In this document: in pieces, positions 1 through 14,800 of the stretch | Layout of the letters: each line of letters begins with the position of its first letter | How positions within the stretch are numbered: the first letter of the stretch is position 1 | DNA from: Bigelowiella natans CCMP2755 | Lineage: Eukaryota; Protista; Cercozoa | DNA length: 64,000 nucleotides | Assembly: GCA_000320545.1 (NCBI GenBank) | Contig: ADNK01002664.1 | Span: forward strand, 71,766-135,765 | Reading direction: 5' to 3' | Position numbers and translations under genes: made by a program | Notes under the pieces: generated by a model | Seen by the model: the letters and a program-made list of their open reading frames with translations, nothing else | Database searches by the model: none | Told to the model about the DNA's origin: nothing

Positions 1-760
1 TTACTATGCATCCTCATCAATATCATCAATCATCACCAAGAATTCCTCCACTCGTTTTCCAAAATAAAAACGGACATTTCCACTCTCCTGCAGCAACAAA
101 CAGCATTGCTTTAAGAGTCAAGATGATGATGATGATGACGATGACAATGTGTAGAATATAGTAGTGAATATCCAATGCCATTAGAACGGTGACGATACTG
201 CAGGTACTACCAAGCAGCCGTATGCTCTATTTACTACAACTACAACTACTACTAAGACTACCACTACAACTGTTACTGCTACGAAAACTAACTACTACCA
301 CTAATACTACCTCAAGTCTCTGCCTAAAATTGGCCAAAATCCTTACTAATCTGTCGGTGCCAAGGTGTGGCTTCCCATCAACCAAGATACGAGATGGAGC
401 TCCAGCCTCCACCAGCTTATCATCATAATAAGTAACAAAACATATGCAATGCATTGTCTTAGTTATTAATTCACAACACAACATATGGGGTATACCAATA
501 ATCAACAACAAATGCACGAATTTCTAACCCTTGACTACCCACTCAATGAATTCTAATAAAAAACAAAAGGACATAAGATTAGAGTACATGTCCTCCTCCT
601 CCTCCTCTATCTCCCTACTACTTACTCTCTCGAAGACGAATCGAACGTAGTCCGTATTCCGTCCAATGTTAGTTGCCAGCTGATTTTATGTTAGGCGCAA
701 TTGTGTGTGTGTGTGTGAAAGACGACCTACATTGTTGATGAATGAAAGGATGACAAGAAA

Positions 761-795
<35 letters not shown>

Positions 796-1787
796 ATACC
801 TTCCCATCTGACCAGGTTCCTGCCCCTCCCTCTCCATAACAACTATTATTTGAAGTATTGATCGTTTGTAAGGGCAATGGAGATATTAGATGGCCACGAT
901 CTCAAAGTAAACGGCATGATCATCGTTGTCATTTTATTCATATTTAAGTAGTAATCGTACAGATTCGAGTCTTTCGAGAGAATTCGTCGGTTTATGAGAG
1001 CACCAATGTCTTTGCCTCTGGAAACAGAGAACAAAGAGAGGAGGAGGACGACGATAGGGCAGGGAAAAATACATCGATAATCTTAGATAGCAAATAATGT
1101 TACAATGATGACGTTGATACTACTTTATGTGTAATTTTTTTGTGCAAAAATGAGTGCTTTAATAATACATCAATATCTCACTATTGACATTTAATGACAG
1201 CACTTCGTCATGTGCAGTGTAAAGGGGGGGGGGGGGGCAATCTAGAATAGAGATGAGAGTAGAAATACGATGCAAATGTGCTATAATTGCAGTAGCAGCA
1301 GCAACAGCATTAGTAGATGAGTAATCACACCGATCTCCAACAGCCTTTCCCCTCTCTACAATGTTGATCTTGTAGTTTCTCAATAATTTGTGTGATGGAG
1401 AGGAGGTGCGTGAAACAAGCCACTTTTCGGCCAAAGTTAGAGCTGCAAACAAGCTAGTAACATTGAAAATATAGTGGTAGCAGTATAAATATAATATCAC
1501 ACAACACAACAATATCTCCTGTGGTAAAATATAATAATCGCTCATTATAAGTTGGGAAACAACTGCTGGGAATGTGTCTGTCCCAAAACAGTGCATCGAA
1601 GGGCATGATAAAGCTGTTTCTGTTATCGTCGTCGTCGTCGTTGTTGCTGATGTTGTTATCGTAGTATTTGTGAGATAAACATAATTTATGATGTATAATA
1701 ATCTCAAAAGTTATCCTCGAGTAATAGTGCCAATGTATGAATAAATGACTAAATAAGCTGAGGCGTATGGTGGTAAAACTACTCATT

Positions 1788-1824
<37 letters not shown>

Positions 1825-2032
1825 AATTATCTTTTATTCCTTCAACTCACCCACTAGGCCCAGAACCAACAATAGTAACAACAGTAGTGCTTGACGATGA
1901 CGACGACGACGATGATGATGATGATGATAATCCGAGAGGAGGAGGAGAAGAGGAGGAGGAGGAGGAGGCGGTGGACAAGTTCTTCTGCTCAAGCTTACTA
2001 CTGCGACTACTACTACTTCTACCACCGACGAG

Positions 2033-2066
<34 letters not shown>

Positions 2067-3850
2067 TCACTGGTTGCCAAATCCTCATGATTATTGTCAC
2101 TAATACTGCTGCTGCTGCTACTACTACTGCTGCTACTACTAGCGGTTAGTTGTAGTTCCCTCATTATCATTTCTGTGCTAAGTCTCTCTGCCTTTTGCCG
2201 GGCTTTGGGAGCCAAAATACGTCCGGAGAGAACCAAATCCAAGATTTTTTTCTTCGCTTTCAGATCGAGTCCCTGGTGGTAGCAGTAGTAGTAGTAGTAG
2301 AAGTAGTAATAGCAGCAGTAGTAGCAGTAGTGAAATTAATAATAAGAATAGTAGTGATACATATTATACCAATATCAATGTGTGTGGGTACGAACATCGA
2401 GAAACTTACTTGTAGGTTATCAATATACTGTTACTAACAGGTAGTATTAATTTATAATTAACGAATTATTACCTGCAGGACGTTGTCTGTAAGAAACAAA
2501 TCCACGATGTAGCTGAAACAAGGATCCTTCTTGGCTGTTATGGATGACCAAGCACATTAAGTATTATATCATTTATGAGTGCAGGAGAGACTAGAAAGTC
2601 TATAAGAATTTCCACTCAACTCTGTCTAGCGTCAAATGATTTCCGTACTATCTCTAGGCTTTTCGCCTAAATATGATGTATTTGTGGCAGTAGCACTTTC
2701 TTTTAGAATAAAGACAAACGAAGCGAGGCAAAATCCAAAACAATTACAAGACAAAATGTTGAAAAACAGATTGGGCCTTATCATGCCCCCAACAATATGA
2801 TAAAACTATGATGAGAAGGAGAGGTCACTGCTACTGTAGTACTACTTCTAACATAGCTACCGGGAATTCGTATGATCTTGGCAAGCTGAGCTTGCGACGT
2901 ATCTCTTTCTCTAAAGAGCTTGATAACTAAAGCATTGTAGTACCAACACAGTCGATGATGATGAAGATGATGATGAAGATGCAAATATCATGAAGCAGGC
3001 ATTGCTATTTCTGCTGCTGCTGCTGAGCAGCGATTCCTCTTCTTCCTTAATGTACTAATTAACTGAATTAATGAGTAGTACCCCTACATCCTCCTTCCCG
3101 GGATCCTTTCCAACAGGAATATTCACGTTCGCAATTCTAAAATTGTTGCAATATTATGATTCAACACATTGTGGACGTGGGCGTGACTTGCACATTTACG
3201 CATATAACCATATATATTTTATATAATTAGATTTCTTCTTATTACTACCGTATGACATGTGGCAGATGGTCTATGCCGTATCTATCTTCATTTCCCTTCG
3301 TTTGAGCCTTAGAAGGAAAGATTCTCCCAAAATGCTGGCTCCTTCTTCTTATTGGATCACTTTGAATAGCACCACCACCAAGTGATCTACAATGGACACC
3401 AGCGGCTGTTTCGATACGCCATACTTAGAACAAAAATAACCCACACAACAATTTCTGTATCCTAAGAAGGATAACTTCAACTCTAAATTACCTGTTGAGA
3501 AACATTTTGTTGGTTTCATTATTCTTTTGTAGATCTTGCGCGAGGGAGGAGGAGGTGGTGATAAAGAAGGAGAAGATGGCATGAAGTTGTAGGGGTTGTA
3601 GTAGTTTGCCACTGATGATTGAAGATGATTCTCTCCTGCCGCTGACAGTATAGTTCGATCGAATATTCCTGACTCTTTCAGAAGGAATATAGAGAGCAGC
3701 GGAAGCAACACGGTAATCTTGAAAACCTGATCAAACAGTCGTACATATTTCCGACACGAACGTAAGTAAGCAACCCCATGTCGAGATGCCTCGATAAATG
3801 AAAGATAAGATTACCTCATGCATGGAACATGTATTGCCTGCATGTTCCAT
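1..3850 (-). CDS. FAD/NAD(P)-dependent oxidoreductase (COG2509 / plant PDE327 At4g30720-like), multi-exon, 3' end outside window; probable signal + transit peptide
   Basis: Hand-spliced GT-AG exons read MEHAGNTCSMHE|VFKITVLLPLLSIFLL...|RIANVNIPVGKDPGKEDVG|LSSSLEKEIRRKL...|AKSLEIVRKSFDARQ|TKKDPCFSYIVDL|...VVTIVGSGPSG|LFAALTLAE...IVERGKAV|RGKDIGALINRR..DSN|CYGEGGAGTWSDGK|LATNIG|LVEAGAPSRILVDGKPHLGTDRL|ESGNVRFYFGKRVEEF. These contain the Rossmann GxGxxG, GEGGAGTWSDGKL and PHLGTD family motifs. Confidence 0.9.
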
Positions 3851-4718
3851 CGCGCGGCAATGCAGCCGCTAAGCTTTTATGGGGTAGTATAGAGGGCGGT
3901 GGGGGCGGCGGAGGGGCAGGAGAGGTTAAATTGACGAATGATTTTATGATTTGAGTATTTATAATAAATATAGATATTTCATCGATGTATCATGTGGAAA
4001 ACTACGAGGTGCTGCCTTGATTCCACGAAAACTTTCGATATCAAAGTTGGGAAAATTTTTAGATATATTTTGTGCAAATCATTGACAAATCGATTAACCT
4101 CAAACGATTTGAAGCCACTGTGTAAGGTGTGGTACCTCCACTACCGGCTAATAATTCCGCATTGCATTCTCCCCCTCCGACATGAATTTGTAGTTGACGT
4201 ACAATATAAAAACCCTCTTGAATCGGAAATATTGCGAGTGTTACAGGCTGTAGCAATACACAGGCACGTGTCTAAAAGAAACCGAAATGTGGGAATGTGG
4301 GAAAATTAATAAATCCCATGAACAGAAAAATTATGCCAAACTGGAGAACGACAAAGAATGTAACTGAATATCCCCAGAAAATCCACGGGTGGATGTGTCA
4401 CAACACAGAAACGAGGAAATCTACGAGCACGTATTTTCTTGAAATCAGGAGATCCAGGAAGTCAGGAAGTCAGGAAGTCTCCTAAAACAATGACATTGGG
4501 AAATATATTTTAAGAAATATCTAGTGTTTTATGTTAGAAGTCTTTAAAAGGCCATAAGTTGGCGCCACCATTATTTTGTCATTCTCCTTCATCCATGATA
4601 TAAATTGAGAGACCTTATACTGACAACATCCTAATATTTATTCCTCACCAATCGTTACACCCAAACCTGCCTCGGGTAATGGAAGAGAGGGTTCTTTTTG
4701 AGAGGAGATGGTCCCAAA

Positions 4719-4830
4719 GAGATATGCGAGGAGGCATCAAAATCCATGGAAATCTACCAATCGATATGAATCACAACTTGAGATATGCGAGGAGGCATCA
4801 AAATCGACCAATCGATATGAATCACAACTT
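4719..4830. repeat. Tandem duplication (61 + 51 nt) upstream of the formin start
   Basis: gagatatgcgaggaggcatcaaaatc...accaatcgatatgaatcacaactt occurs twice head-to-tail; the second copy lacks ~10 internal nt. Confidence 0.9.
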
Positions 4831-4985
4831 AAATATGCAAACTATTGAATAGAGATTGGGTATTAGTGTACTGAGTATCCTCCTCCTCCTCCTCCTCCTC
4901 CTCCTCCTCCTCCTCCTCCTCCTCTTTCAACAACAACATTCACAGGGATTATTTACTCCAACCATGATGGTTGATACAGACCCTA

Positions 4986-5121
4986 ATGGGCTGCTGTGCC
5001 TCTAAAGAAGAAGGTATTAGATACTACTACATTGGTGGAGAAAAAATAGATATTTCTATCTAATATGCGTATTTACCCTGCAGTTGTATGAATATGATGT
5101 CCACAGAAAGTTGATGTGTAG

Positions 5122-5175
<54 letters not shown>

Positions 5176-5412
5176 TCCAGATGGATATATTAAATACACC
5201 CTCCTTCCTTTACTACTCCATTGCTTCCTCACACCGTTACAGGTGACCAGAGCGCTGTAAATCATAATAAAGAAAAGGAGGGAGGAATAGGAAACAAGTA
5301 TAGAGTTCGGAAGGAGGGGGCAGCAGAAAAGGTTGCAGCAGCCACAATAAACAGTATGCGATTTGTAATGACTAGAACAAATCAATGAACAGATTCTACT
5401 ACCTGAAGAAAG

Positions 5413-5451
<39 letters not shown>

Positions 5452-7432
5452 CTGTGTGGATGGCATAGTGATGATTCGTGGTGTGCGGGTTGGGTTTAAG
5501 TTGTTGTGTGGTGGTGGCGGTGACGGAATAACCATTTATATTACATTAATACACCCAAAACACCATGATACTCTTTATCAATGCTACTTCCTTAATTTCT
5601 GCCTCATACGCAAACCCAGGACACACGGAAAGGGGGGGTTACCCCCCCCCCTCCTCCGGGGGAAATCCCCCTTGGGTGTGGGAAAGACAAGAAGGCTACT
5701 ACTACTTCCAAAAAGACAGGAGAAGGAGGAGACAGGATCGAGAGTAGTTCGACTAGAATATTCGTCACATCCCCCTCCTCAAGGTAATCACTATCACTAC
5801 GACCACACCGTGCTTTTCGGGCGTGGATGGCGGCGTGTCGCATGAAATGATGCTATGCTGTTTCTAGATGTGGGGTGACGAACTTGTTTTTACGAATTGT
5901 TATTCATGATTCTTTTGTTGTGTTTTTATTGCTGAATTCAGCAACATGTTGAATCTTCCAGTTCAAAGGTGATAATCATAGTGTGTGTCTCGTTAAGAAT
6001 GCTGTTTCATGCCATCTTTGTTGTCGTTTCTGGTCAGCTATTCACAAAATAGTTATATCAAAGGCACTCCTCCAAGGAATCTGTGTTATCTCTCATTCTA
6101 ATAAACACCACTTCTTCTTTACCCTTCTTCTTCTTCAATTCATCGTCATCTCAGCAACGTTGGTTGTGTTTGCAGGAAAGGCACTGTGACAGTCATGAGT
6201 TTGGAGAGAATCAAGCAGATTTCCAGGGAAAACTCACGTAATAACAGGGTTTCTGACAACGTAAGTAGTAGTTATTGTGGGTTGTAGTATTTGTTGTAGT
6301 AGTGGTAGTCGTAGCAGTAGTAGTATATCAGTCAAGCAGTAGGGGAGACGAAGAGGACGATGTTTCTTGAATGATATCCACACTACCTTCCTGCTTCAAG
6401 ATTATCGTGGAAACGCTAGTTGATTGCAATATCATCATCATCATCATCATCATCATCATTATCACCATATATAATGTTTATCGTTATTTGTCCAGGAACA
6501 TCTGCCAGATGAAGAGCTCCTTGAAAGGCAGTTTCACGATCTAATGGTATTTCTTGTTTGTGGCAGTTTATAACCAAAGCGAATAATATCGATAATGGGG
6601 TGTTTCTGCTGTTTTTCCTCTTTGTGGAATTATCCATACTACCACAGGAGGAAAGGCTGGTTCCTGAGGAAAAAATCAAAGCTCTATCAAGCACTCTCTC
6701 ACCCGAGCAGGTATTCTTCTTATTAAGATATGATATAAACAGTCGATATATATAAATATTTGTTGGTGATTGTTGATGTTGTTAAGAAATGGGGAATGGT
6801 AAGTGAAGCCAAGAAGCTAAAGAAGAAAACACCAGTAGAATGGGTTGCCATCATGTTTTCTCCCAACTTAGAGGCTAAGCAGGTACTTGTACTCGTAGTA
6901 GTAATAGTAGTAGTAGTAGTAGTGTAATAGCAGTAGCAGAAGCACTAGCAATTGTAAATGTAGATATGGCCATGGGGATAGTAACCTAACGTTCATCACC
7001 ATCCTCGCAACATATATACGCAGCACAAACATATAGCCATATCCATAAATATGTACTCCATTAGCTTCATGGACTTAAATTAGAGATTTCAGGAGCCGGA
7101 AAGCACTTCCTTGAGGTAAAGTATAGATTGTCAACCGCAATAATACTGCCACACACATGATCATTGTCATTATTATTAATATTATTATTTTACTAGCATT
7201 GTAATTATTATTATTATTATTATTATGACTCTTCTTTTTCGTCATTGTTGTTGTTTAGGAGTGGGTTGCTAATCAAGGATTACGTGCATTACTACATAAG
7301 CTGGATAATTTTCGGTAGATTAGTCATACTGCCTATACGTCAATCAATAATAGCCAACACATTCATACGCTTTCGTATTTGCAGCCAATAATTACATCAT
7401 AAGATGACGTTCATTGTCAACAGTTTTCTTAA

Positions 7433-7463
<31 letters not shown>

Positions 7464-7464
7464 G

Positions 7465-7508
<44 letters not shown>

Positions 7509-9135
7509 TTAATTTATATGTTGCAGACACAGAGTGTGTTGCTACAACTTCCTTTAAATGTTACTCACGAAACTGCTAATAATAAATAATAATAATAATA
7601 ATCATCATCATGATTATGATCATCAGAGTAAGGATGGAACTACGGCATGGTCTCGTTGAAGTTCTAAGCGCATTTGCTAACAATGGCTATGGCTTACACA
7701 CGTTAATAGAGGTAGGTAGTAGCAATAGTAGAGTATCAATCAAGTAGTAATCTTACCACTAAAACCATCACTCTACTGCCGCAGCTTTCTGTTGTGTCTA
7801 ACTCTGTTGCTTTCCCGTGATCGTTGTTTTTTCTATTTATTATGATTAGTTTCCAGAAGCAGTAAACTCTATTGCATCGGTGCTCTTGAATGGTGATTCT
7901 TTACTTAAGAAGAAGGTCATACAGACAACTATCCTACTACCATCTGTACCTCTCCATCTCTCACAGTTGCAAGTGACAACGACAACAATGAATATATGCA
8001 TTTTTTAAAAATCAGATTATGCAATTGCTTATCGCTTTGAGTTATGAGTCCGAAGAGGGCCGGGAAAGCGTCATGGAGGCGTTAGCACAGCCTAAGTTCC
8101 AACGGTACTACATTTAGTAGTAGTAGTACTGATAGCGAATGAGAAACATATATATGATGATGATGATGATGATGATGATTGATGATGATGATTGATGATG
8201 ATGATCATGCTCACACCGACGATGGTAATTGTACGAGTGGTGATGTTGGTGATTGAATGTATGAATTGATGTATGTATGTGCTGTATTGCTTTCTGGACA
8301 CCCCCCCCCCGATTCCCCCCTCCCTCTTCGTAGGCGGTTCCAAGTATTGGTGCAAATGGTGGAGGAGGAAAAGGTATTAATAGCAGTATAGTAGCAGTAA
8401 TAGCAGTATAGTAGCAGTAGTAATAGACGTAAAGAGCACTCAAAGAAGTCCCTCTCCTCCTCCTCCTCCTCCTCCTCCTGCACCTGCTGCTGCTGCTGCT
8501 GGGAATGGTTATGTGATCACTACCTACCGCACTTACCATTACGTGATACATAATCTAATCAGCATTGTCTTCTATGCAACACAAACACTAATCATTCATA
8601 CCCAAAGGATTTGAATTTACGTGTGGATGTTGCAACCCTGCTCAATACGCTTGTTAGCTCTCCTCAAGAGGTACTACTAGAATAGTCAGTTATAAGTCCG
8701 AAAACAATCCATCACCTATATTCTATTCCCATATGCATTCTCATTTACTACTTAAATGATGATGATGATGAGTAGGTGGAGAGACGCGTTAAGATAAGGT
8801 ATGAGCTCCTCGATCTCAACTACAAAAACGTGCTGCACAAGGTGATATTTTTGCATGAGGCGTCGTAATAAAGAGCTTCTTCTATCTACCAAAACTATTG
8901 GCAACAGCACTCTAGTCGAATAATGATGATCGGCCACCTATTGTGTGTCATATGCATGATGATGATGATGATGATGATGATGATGTGTTTATACAACTTG
9001 CCTTTCTTCTTCGTCTTCCTCTCCACCTTTATTCCTTGATAATGTTCATTCTTTTATTGTCATTAGGCTGAAGCTCACTTTGGCCAAGTTAAAGGGGATG
9101 GATCCAAAGTATGCTGCTCAACGCTACTACTACTG

Positions 9136-9171
<36 letters not shown>

Positions 9172-10116
9172 ATTTTGATAGTAATAATATTACAACAACC
9201 CAATAACTGTGCAGATCTAGCACTATCCATTAGTGGTAATATCCATCCATTTAGACCCTATTATTGTTTGGAGGATGATCCATTTTGGTGGAATAGTGTG
9301 CTGCCGATGAATGGCGTCTTTTGTGCTTGATGATTGTCGTTTATTTTTGGTAGTGTGAAGTAGGAGTCGTAGGTTGATATGCCATCATCATGATCATCAT
9401 TTTTTTCCAGGTGTATGGGCTATTTAGAACTCAAATGAATGTATTCGGTAAGTAGTGACTAGAAGAGGAAGAGGAAGAGGAGGAGGATACGATGACGGAA
9501 GTGATGACAACCACCAATGAATCATAATCTTTGACAACATATTCTTTGTATGACAGAGGAGGAGATGAAGTCAGATGTCCTCGAGACTTTGTATGATAGA
9601 GTGGATCTCTCTGATTTGGATGAGGTAGGCGCAGTAGTAGTAGTAGTTCTAGTGTATAATACACGTATATAGTACCAGTTAGTTGCCTATTAATTTATCA
9701 CCAACGATCAATTCACATCCATCATCGTCGCTTCTAGGTTCTCCACTATATGCGCGAATTTAGCGGACAAGTTGGTAATAATGGAAGCAGGGGGGGGGGA
9801 GGAGAAAGAGCATAACACGAAGGAGAGGGTGAATAACGACACCAAAGAAGAAGAAGAACGAAAACATAACACATAACAATACATAACAATAATAGCAATT
9901 CTTCTTTTTATTCATCTTTGTTTGCTGCCATAATGTAATGCTCTTTGATTGGCACTACTACAGGTCATTCCCACGATTTACTTCAAATGATGCACCCTAT
10001 GATGAAAATCCCTTCTGATAAGTAAGTAGCAATCATCCAAAGGGACAATCAGGAAGAGAAAGAGCGAGTGTGAGTGAGTGGGAAAATGATGGAGAGAATA
10101 CAGAGAAAACGATAAC

Positions 10117-10149
<33 letters not shown>

Positions 10150-11187
10150 AAGACGAATAATGAAGATACATATCTTCTCTCTGCACAACTCTCTGTTGTA
10201 CGGGTGGATGAGGAGGGGCGTAAACTATGTACACCAGCCATTTAATGTGTTGCATCATCATCATTTTTCATCATGTTCATCGGTATTGTTGTTGTTGTTG
10301 TTGTCCCCGTTGTGTTGATCATCTCATCAAGTTATTATTAACAGTATGGTGTGTTATGGTGTATGGTAATGATCAGATCTGGTGATAAAACATGGAAGTC
10401 TTTGGTGCATATAGTGAACAAAGCATGCTCTTGGTTCAATGAGGAGGAGGAGGAGGAGGAGGAGGAGGAGGAGGAGGAGGGAGGAGAAGCAAACTATCCC
10501 AACGACAATGAAGGCAACAGTAAACAGGTGGTATATAGAAGATGCATAATACTACTAAGGCATCGTGACGACGAGGATGATAATAACAACTGCATCTACT
10601 ATTACTACAGCTACTGCTGCTACTACTAATACTGAATCTAATACACTTTAAAAAGGAAGAAAAGGAGAAGAAGAGAGCAGATGACCACGAGGAAGAAGAG
10701 GAGGACGAGCTTTCAGGTAGTACGTACTACAAGGGATATGATAATAGTAACAATAATACTACCAATGAAAAGAGGAGGAAAGAACACTTCATAATGTGTG
10801 GCGGGATATACACAAATTGCTACATGTCTAGACGAATTGTTTTAGCACCAAAACAGGATAGAATATACTATTACTACACATGTTATTATAGTTATTATAA
10901 TTATTATTATTTTAATTATGATATCACACACTATCTCAACACTCACGAGAAAGAGGCAATAATTACACTCTTCGTCGTAACAACGATAATTTCTCAAGTG
11001 TGTGTGATCTCTACGATCAGATATCGATGAAAGCACAGATTCAAGGCCATTCACTTACCATGAGCTTATAGAAGAACTTAAGGTACCGCTGCTGCTGTTT
11101 AAAACCATACAACAATAACAACAGCAACAACAACACTCGTGTAGCTTCAAACTCAACAAATGAATTCCTTAATTAAAAAATATTTTA

Positions 11188-11224
<37 letters not shown>

Positions 11225-11280
11225 ATTTTTCCAACACCCTTTATTTACGGCGTAAGTATCATCTATTTCTGTGATTGTCC

Positions 11281-11312
<32 letters not shown>

Positions 11313-12210
11313 GCATATGCTGCGTACGTAGAACTACAAAGTTCATTCACGGGAAGAAGAGAAAAAGTGATCGATTATTCTCTTGTCGTTGCACGATATT
11401 ACATCATTCATACACATTTGAGAAATAAATACTTCTTCTCACCGTAATTAGCAAAAGCATTGGGTTGCCCCTCCGGTTGTTGTTGTTACATCATATGAAT
11501 ACCTACTACAATAATATCATCACCATCATAATTTTTATCTCCAGGGCAGAAATGGAGGTGAAGAATAAGTTAGATGGCCTTGAAAAAGGTAGGTAGGCAT
11601 GTCATGTTGGCGTAGCATTGAGCTGCTCTACTACTGCATACGATAATGATGATGATGATGATGATGATGATGATGTTGTTGTGCATACACTAACTACTCT
11701 GTGGCCCCAAGTACCTTCTAACATTAGTGTCGTCAATAAATGTTACTATACACACTGCTGCTACTACTGCTGCAGCTCTGATTCTTCCTAACTATATCTG
11801 CATTATTCTTCAACACATTACTACCATTTCATGACGACAACAGAGAGACATCAACTGAAGCTGCGAGAAAGCAGGTTATTATATCGTTAGAAAGATAACG
11901 TAATTATCGTTCAACTGAATGCATGATGAGACCTATCAGCATATCAGCCTCGCCATTATTATTGTCACCGGCCACCAACTGCTAAGCAGTCTCGCGCAAG
12001 TCATTAGTAGTAGTGGTGGTAGTAGTAGTAGCAGTAAATGCTGATAATAACCACTGTCCTACGATGATTCTTAGTCTCATGGATGATCTCAAGAAATCCA
12101 ACAAATCAGCAAGAAATCAGGAACTCGAAACTATAAAAGCAAAGGTCATAATTTAAACATACACACACGCTACACTAAGTATGACTTTTAAGGAATAATA
12201 CGTAAGACAG

Positions 12211-12244
<34 letters not shown>

Positions 12245-12364
12245 AACCATCTCCCATCATTGAATTTTGTTGGTGATGATACTACAATTTAGGACGAAAA
12301 CGCTAAGTTGAGAGCCGAATTTGAAGCTATGAAAGAAAAATTCAATAAAGTCATAATTGTAGTC

Positions 12365-12397
<33 letters not shown>

Positions 12398-12492
12398 TAT
12401 TCTTGTAGTATTTGTCAGTTGTGCACGTAGTAGTAGTAGTAGTAGTAGTAGTAGTATATTTGCCTTCTCATACTTTATAACAAAATTTGTTT

Positions 12493-12529
<37 letters not shown>

Positions 12530-13693
12530 TTCCGCCTCTACCCCCCCACTCTTTAATCTTGTTCGGTTCTTGTCTCATCTTACTGTTTTGGGTTTTATGG
12601 TGGCAGATGCAGCAGGAGACTGAAGAGGCTAAGAAAACAGTAGTAGCACTAGTAGTAGCAGTTGTAGTTGTTGTGTGTTGTAATTTATGGATGTGTGTTT
12701 TGTGTAAAGGTTGAAAGACAAATGAAGGAAATTGAGTCGTTAAAAAAAGAGCAAGATTCCAAGAACACTGTAATGACGAAGAATGATGCTGATGCATATG
12801 TTGTAGAAGGAGGAGGAGGAGGCCTCCTATCGTCATTATAATCAGATTTATTTATTATCCTTCTCACTTGTTTTTTGTTATCCTTTAGGAGCAATCAGGT
12901 GCTGCTGAGGCGGAGATAAAACAGCTCAAAGACGAGATTACGAGACTGAAACAAGATGTTGCTGCAGGTCCTTTCGTGTAACTACAATTGCTACAACTAC
13001 TACTTTTTACTCCTCGATTGTGCATCATCATCATCATCATTAGCATCACATCCCCAGACTGTTGACAACTCTATTATTAAATAATTTCAACCATCATTCT
13101 TGTATAGGAACAACAACTGCTGCGAAGATCCCCCTTCCCCCATCTACGGGAACCATTCCTCTTCCGCCTTCGATGGGAGGAGTTATTCCCCCACCCCCCT
13201 CAATGGGAGGTATTCCCCCACCACCTTCAACGGAGGCATTCCCCCACCACCTTCAATGGGAGGCATTCCCCACCCCCCTCAATGGGAGGCATTCCCCCAC
13301 CACCATCAATGGGAGGCATTCCCCCACCACCTTCAATGGGAGGCATTCCCCCTCCCCCCTCAATGGGAGGTATTCCCCCACCACCTTCAATGGGAGGCAT
13401 TCCAGCTCCTCCTGGAGGAATTGGCTTACCCCCTCCCCCAGGTATACATAATGTGTAAAGAGAGCGTGAGTGGTCACGACTACTTTTTAGAATATACTCA
13501 TTGGGTACTGAGTATCATTCGTGTTCTTTGATAAGAAGACAAGGATAATACATTGTTATATATAGCAGCAATGTACTATTCCTGTTAGACAATTATGGCA
13601 CTATCACTACTACTACTACTACTACTACTATTATCCCAAGATAGAGATACCAATACCTTCGCCCCCCTACCAATGTAATAATATACCATATAC

Positions 13694-13749
<56 letters not shown>

Positions 13750-14289
13750 GATGTAGGTGGTATAGGCCCCCCTCCTATGATGATGGGCCTTCCTCCCTCT
13801 ATCCAGCAGCAAACGGTGCTACTACTATGTACCAGGAGTAGTAGTAATAGTAGTAGTTATAGTAGTAGTAGTCGTACTAGTAGTTAACGGCAAGACTACT
13901 ACGCAATAATGCCTACATTGATCCTAAGTTTGATAATGATGATGATGATAGTATTAGGTTGATGCTACTACTCGTACTGGTAGCATTATTAATCGGCATC
14001 CATTGCTGTTACAGGTAAAAGTTCCTTACGAAAAGAAAAAGCTAGACTATATTAAGACCAAGACCAAAGTGCTGCATTGGGCGCCTATAAAGCTGATTGA
14101 CATCACCAAGACATGCTGGAATAAGCTTTCAGATCAAGAAGTGCAATTTGATGCAAAGATCTTAGAGCAGTCGTTTGCTGTCGTGAAACGGGTTGGTAGT
14201 CGTCGTAGTAATAGTAGTAGACTGCTTATTATTCTACACAACCCTAAACTTAATAAAGGACACGATCAATGACGATGATGACCACACAT

Positions 14290-14332
<43 letters not shown>

Positions 14333-14764
14333 ATTGTGTAAAATACAAACACCTGCTGTGTGTCATCGGTCGGTGCCTGTTAGGTAGCAAAATACATTTA
14401 GAAGCAGTAATAGTAGTAGTAGTAGTAATAACACACAGTCTTCTCTGTTGTCAGAAAAAGGGAGGAGGAGGAGGAGGAGGAGGAGGAAGAGGAAGTAATC
14501 GTAGCCCAGGAGGCGGAGGAGCTAAAAAGAAAAAGAAGGAGGTGCTTTCCAAACATCGTCTTAAGGAGGAACAAACTATTAACATTTAACATGCTCAAAA
14601 AATCAGATATGGATTAGTTGTTGTTCATTGTACTAAGATATGTAGAAATGCCCTCAGGTATAAGAGTTGTTGTTGTTGTTGTTTTGTTGTTGTAAGCAGA
14701 TTGTGACGTTGCTAGACAGTAAACGATCCTACAACATCAAGTAGTTATTGTTGCTTCTTCTTCT

Positions 14765-14800
<36 letters not shown>

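Noticed and set aside
1767-2437. Poly-L/V/Y/M ORFs here and throughout the ORF track
   Set aside because: They are translations of microsatellites or antisense shadows of real exons.
3822-3850. 10-bp inverted repeat atggaacatg...catgttccat
   Set aside because: It coincides with the first coding exon of the oxidoreductase, and a single short hairpin is plausible by chance.
3960-4500. ORF-like stretch and (caggaagt)x3 in the divergent gap
   Set aside because: No coherent splice model or recognisable domain, and no support for a regulatory role.
5630-5675. G/C hairpins (ggggggg-tta-ccccccccc; ggggg-aaat-ccccc) as structured RNA or a MITE
   Set aside because: They lie in formin exon 3 and encode KGGVTPPPPPGEIPLG.
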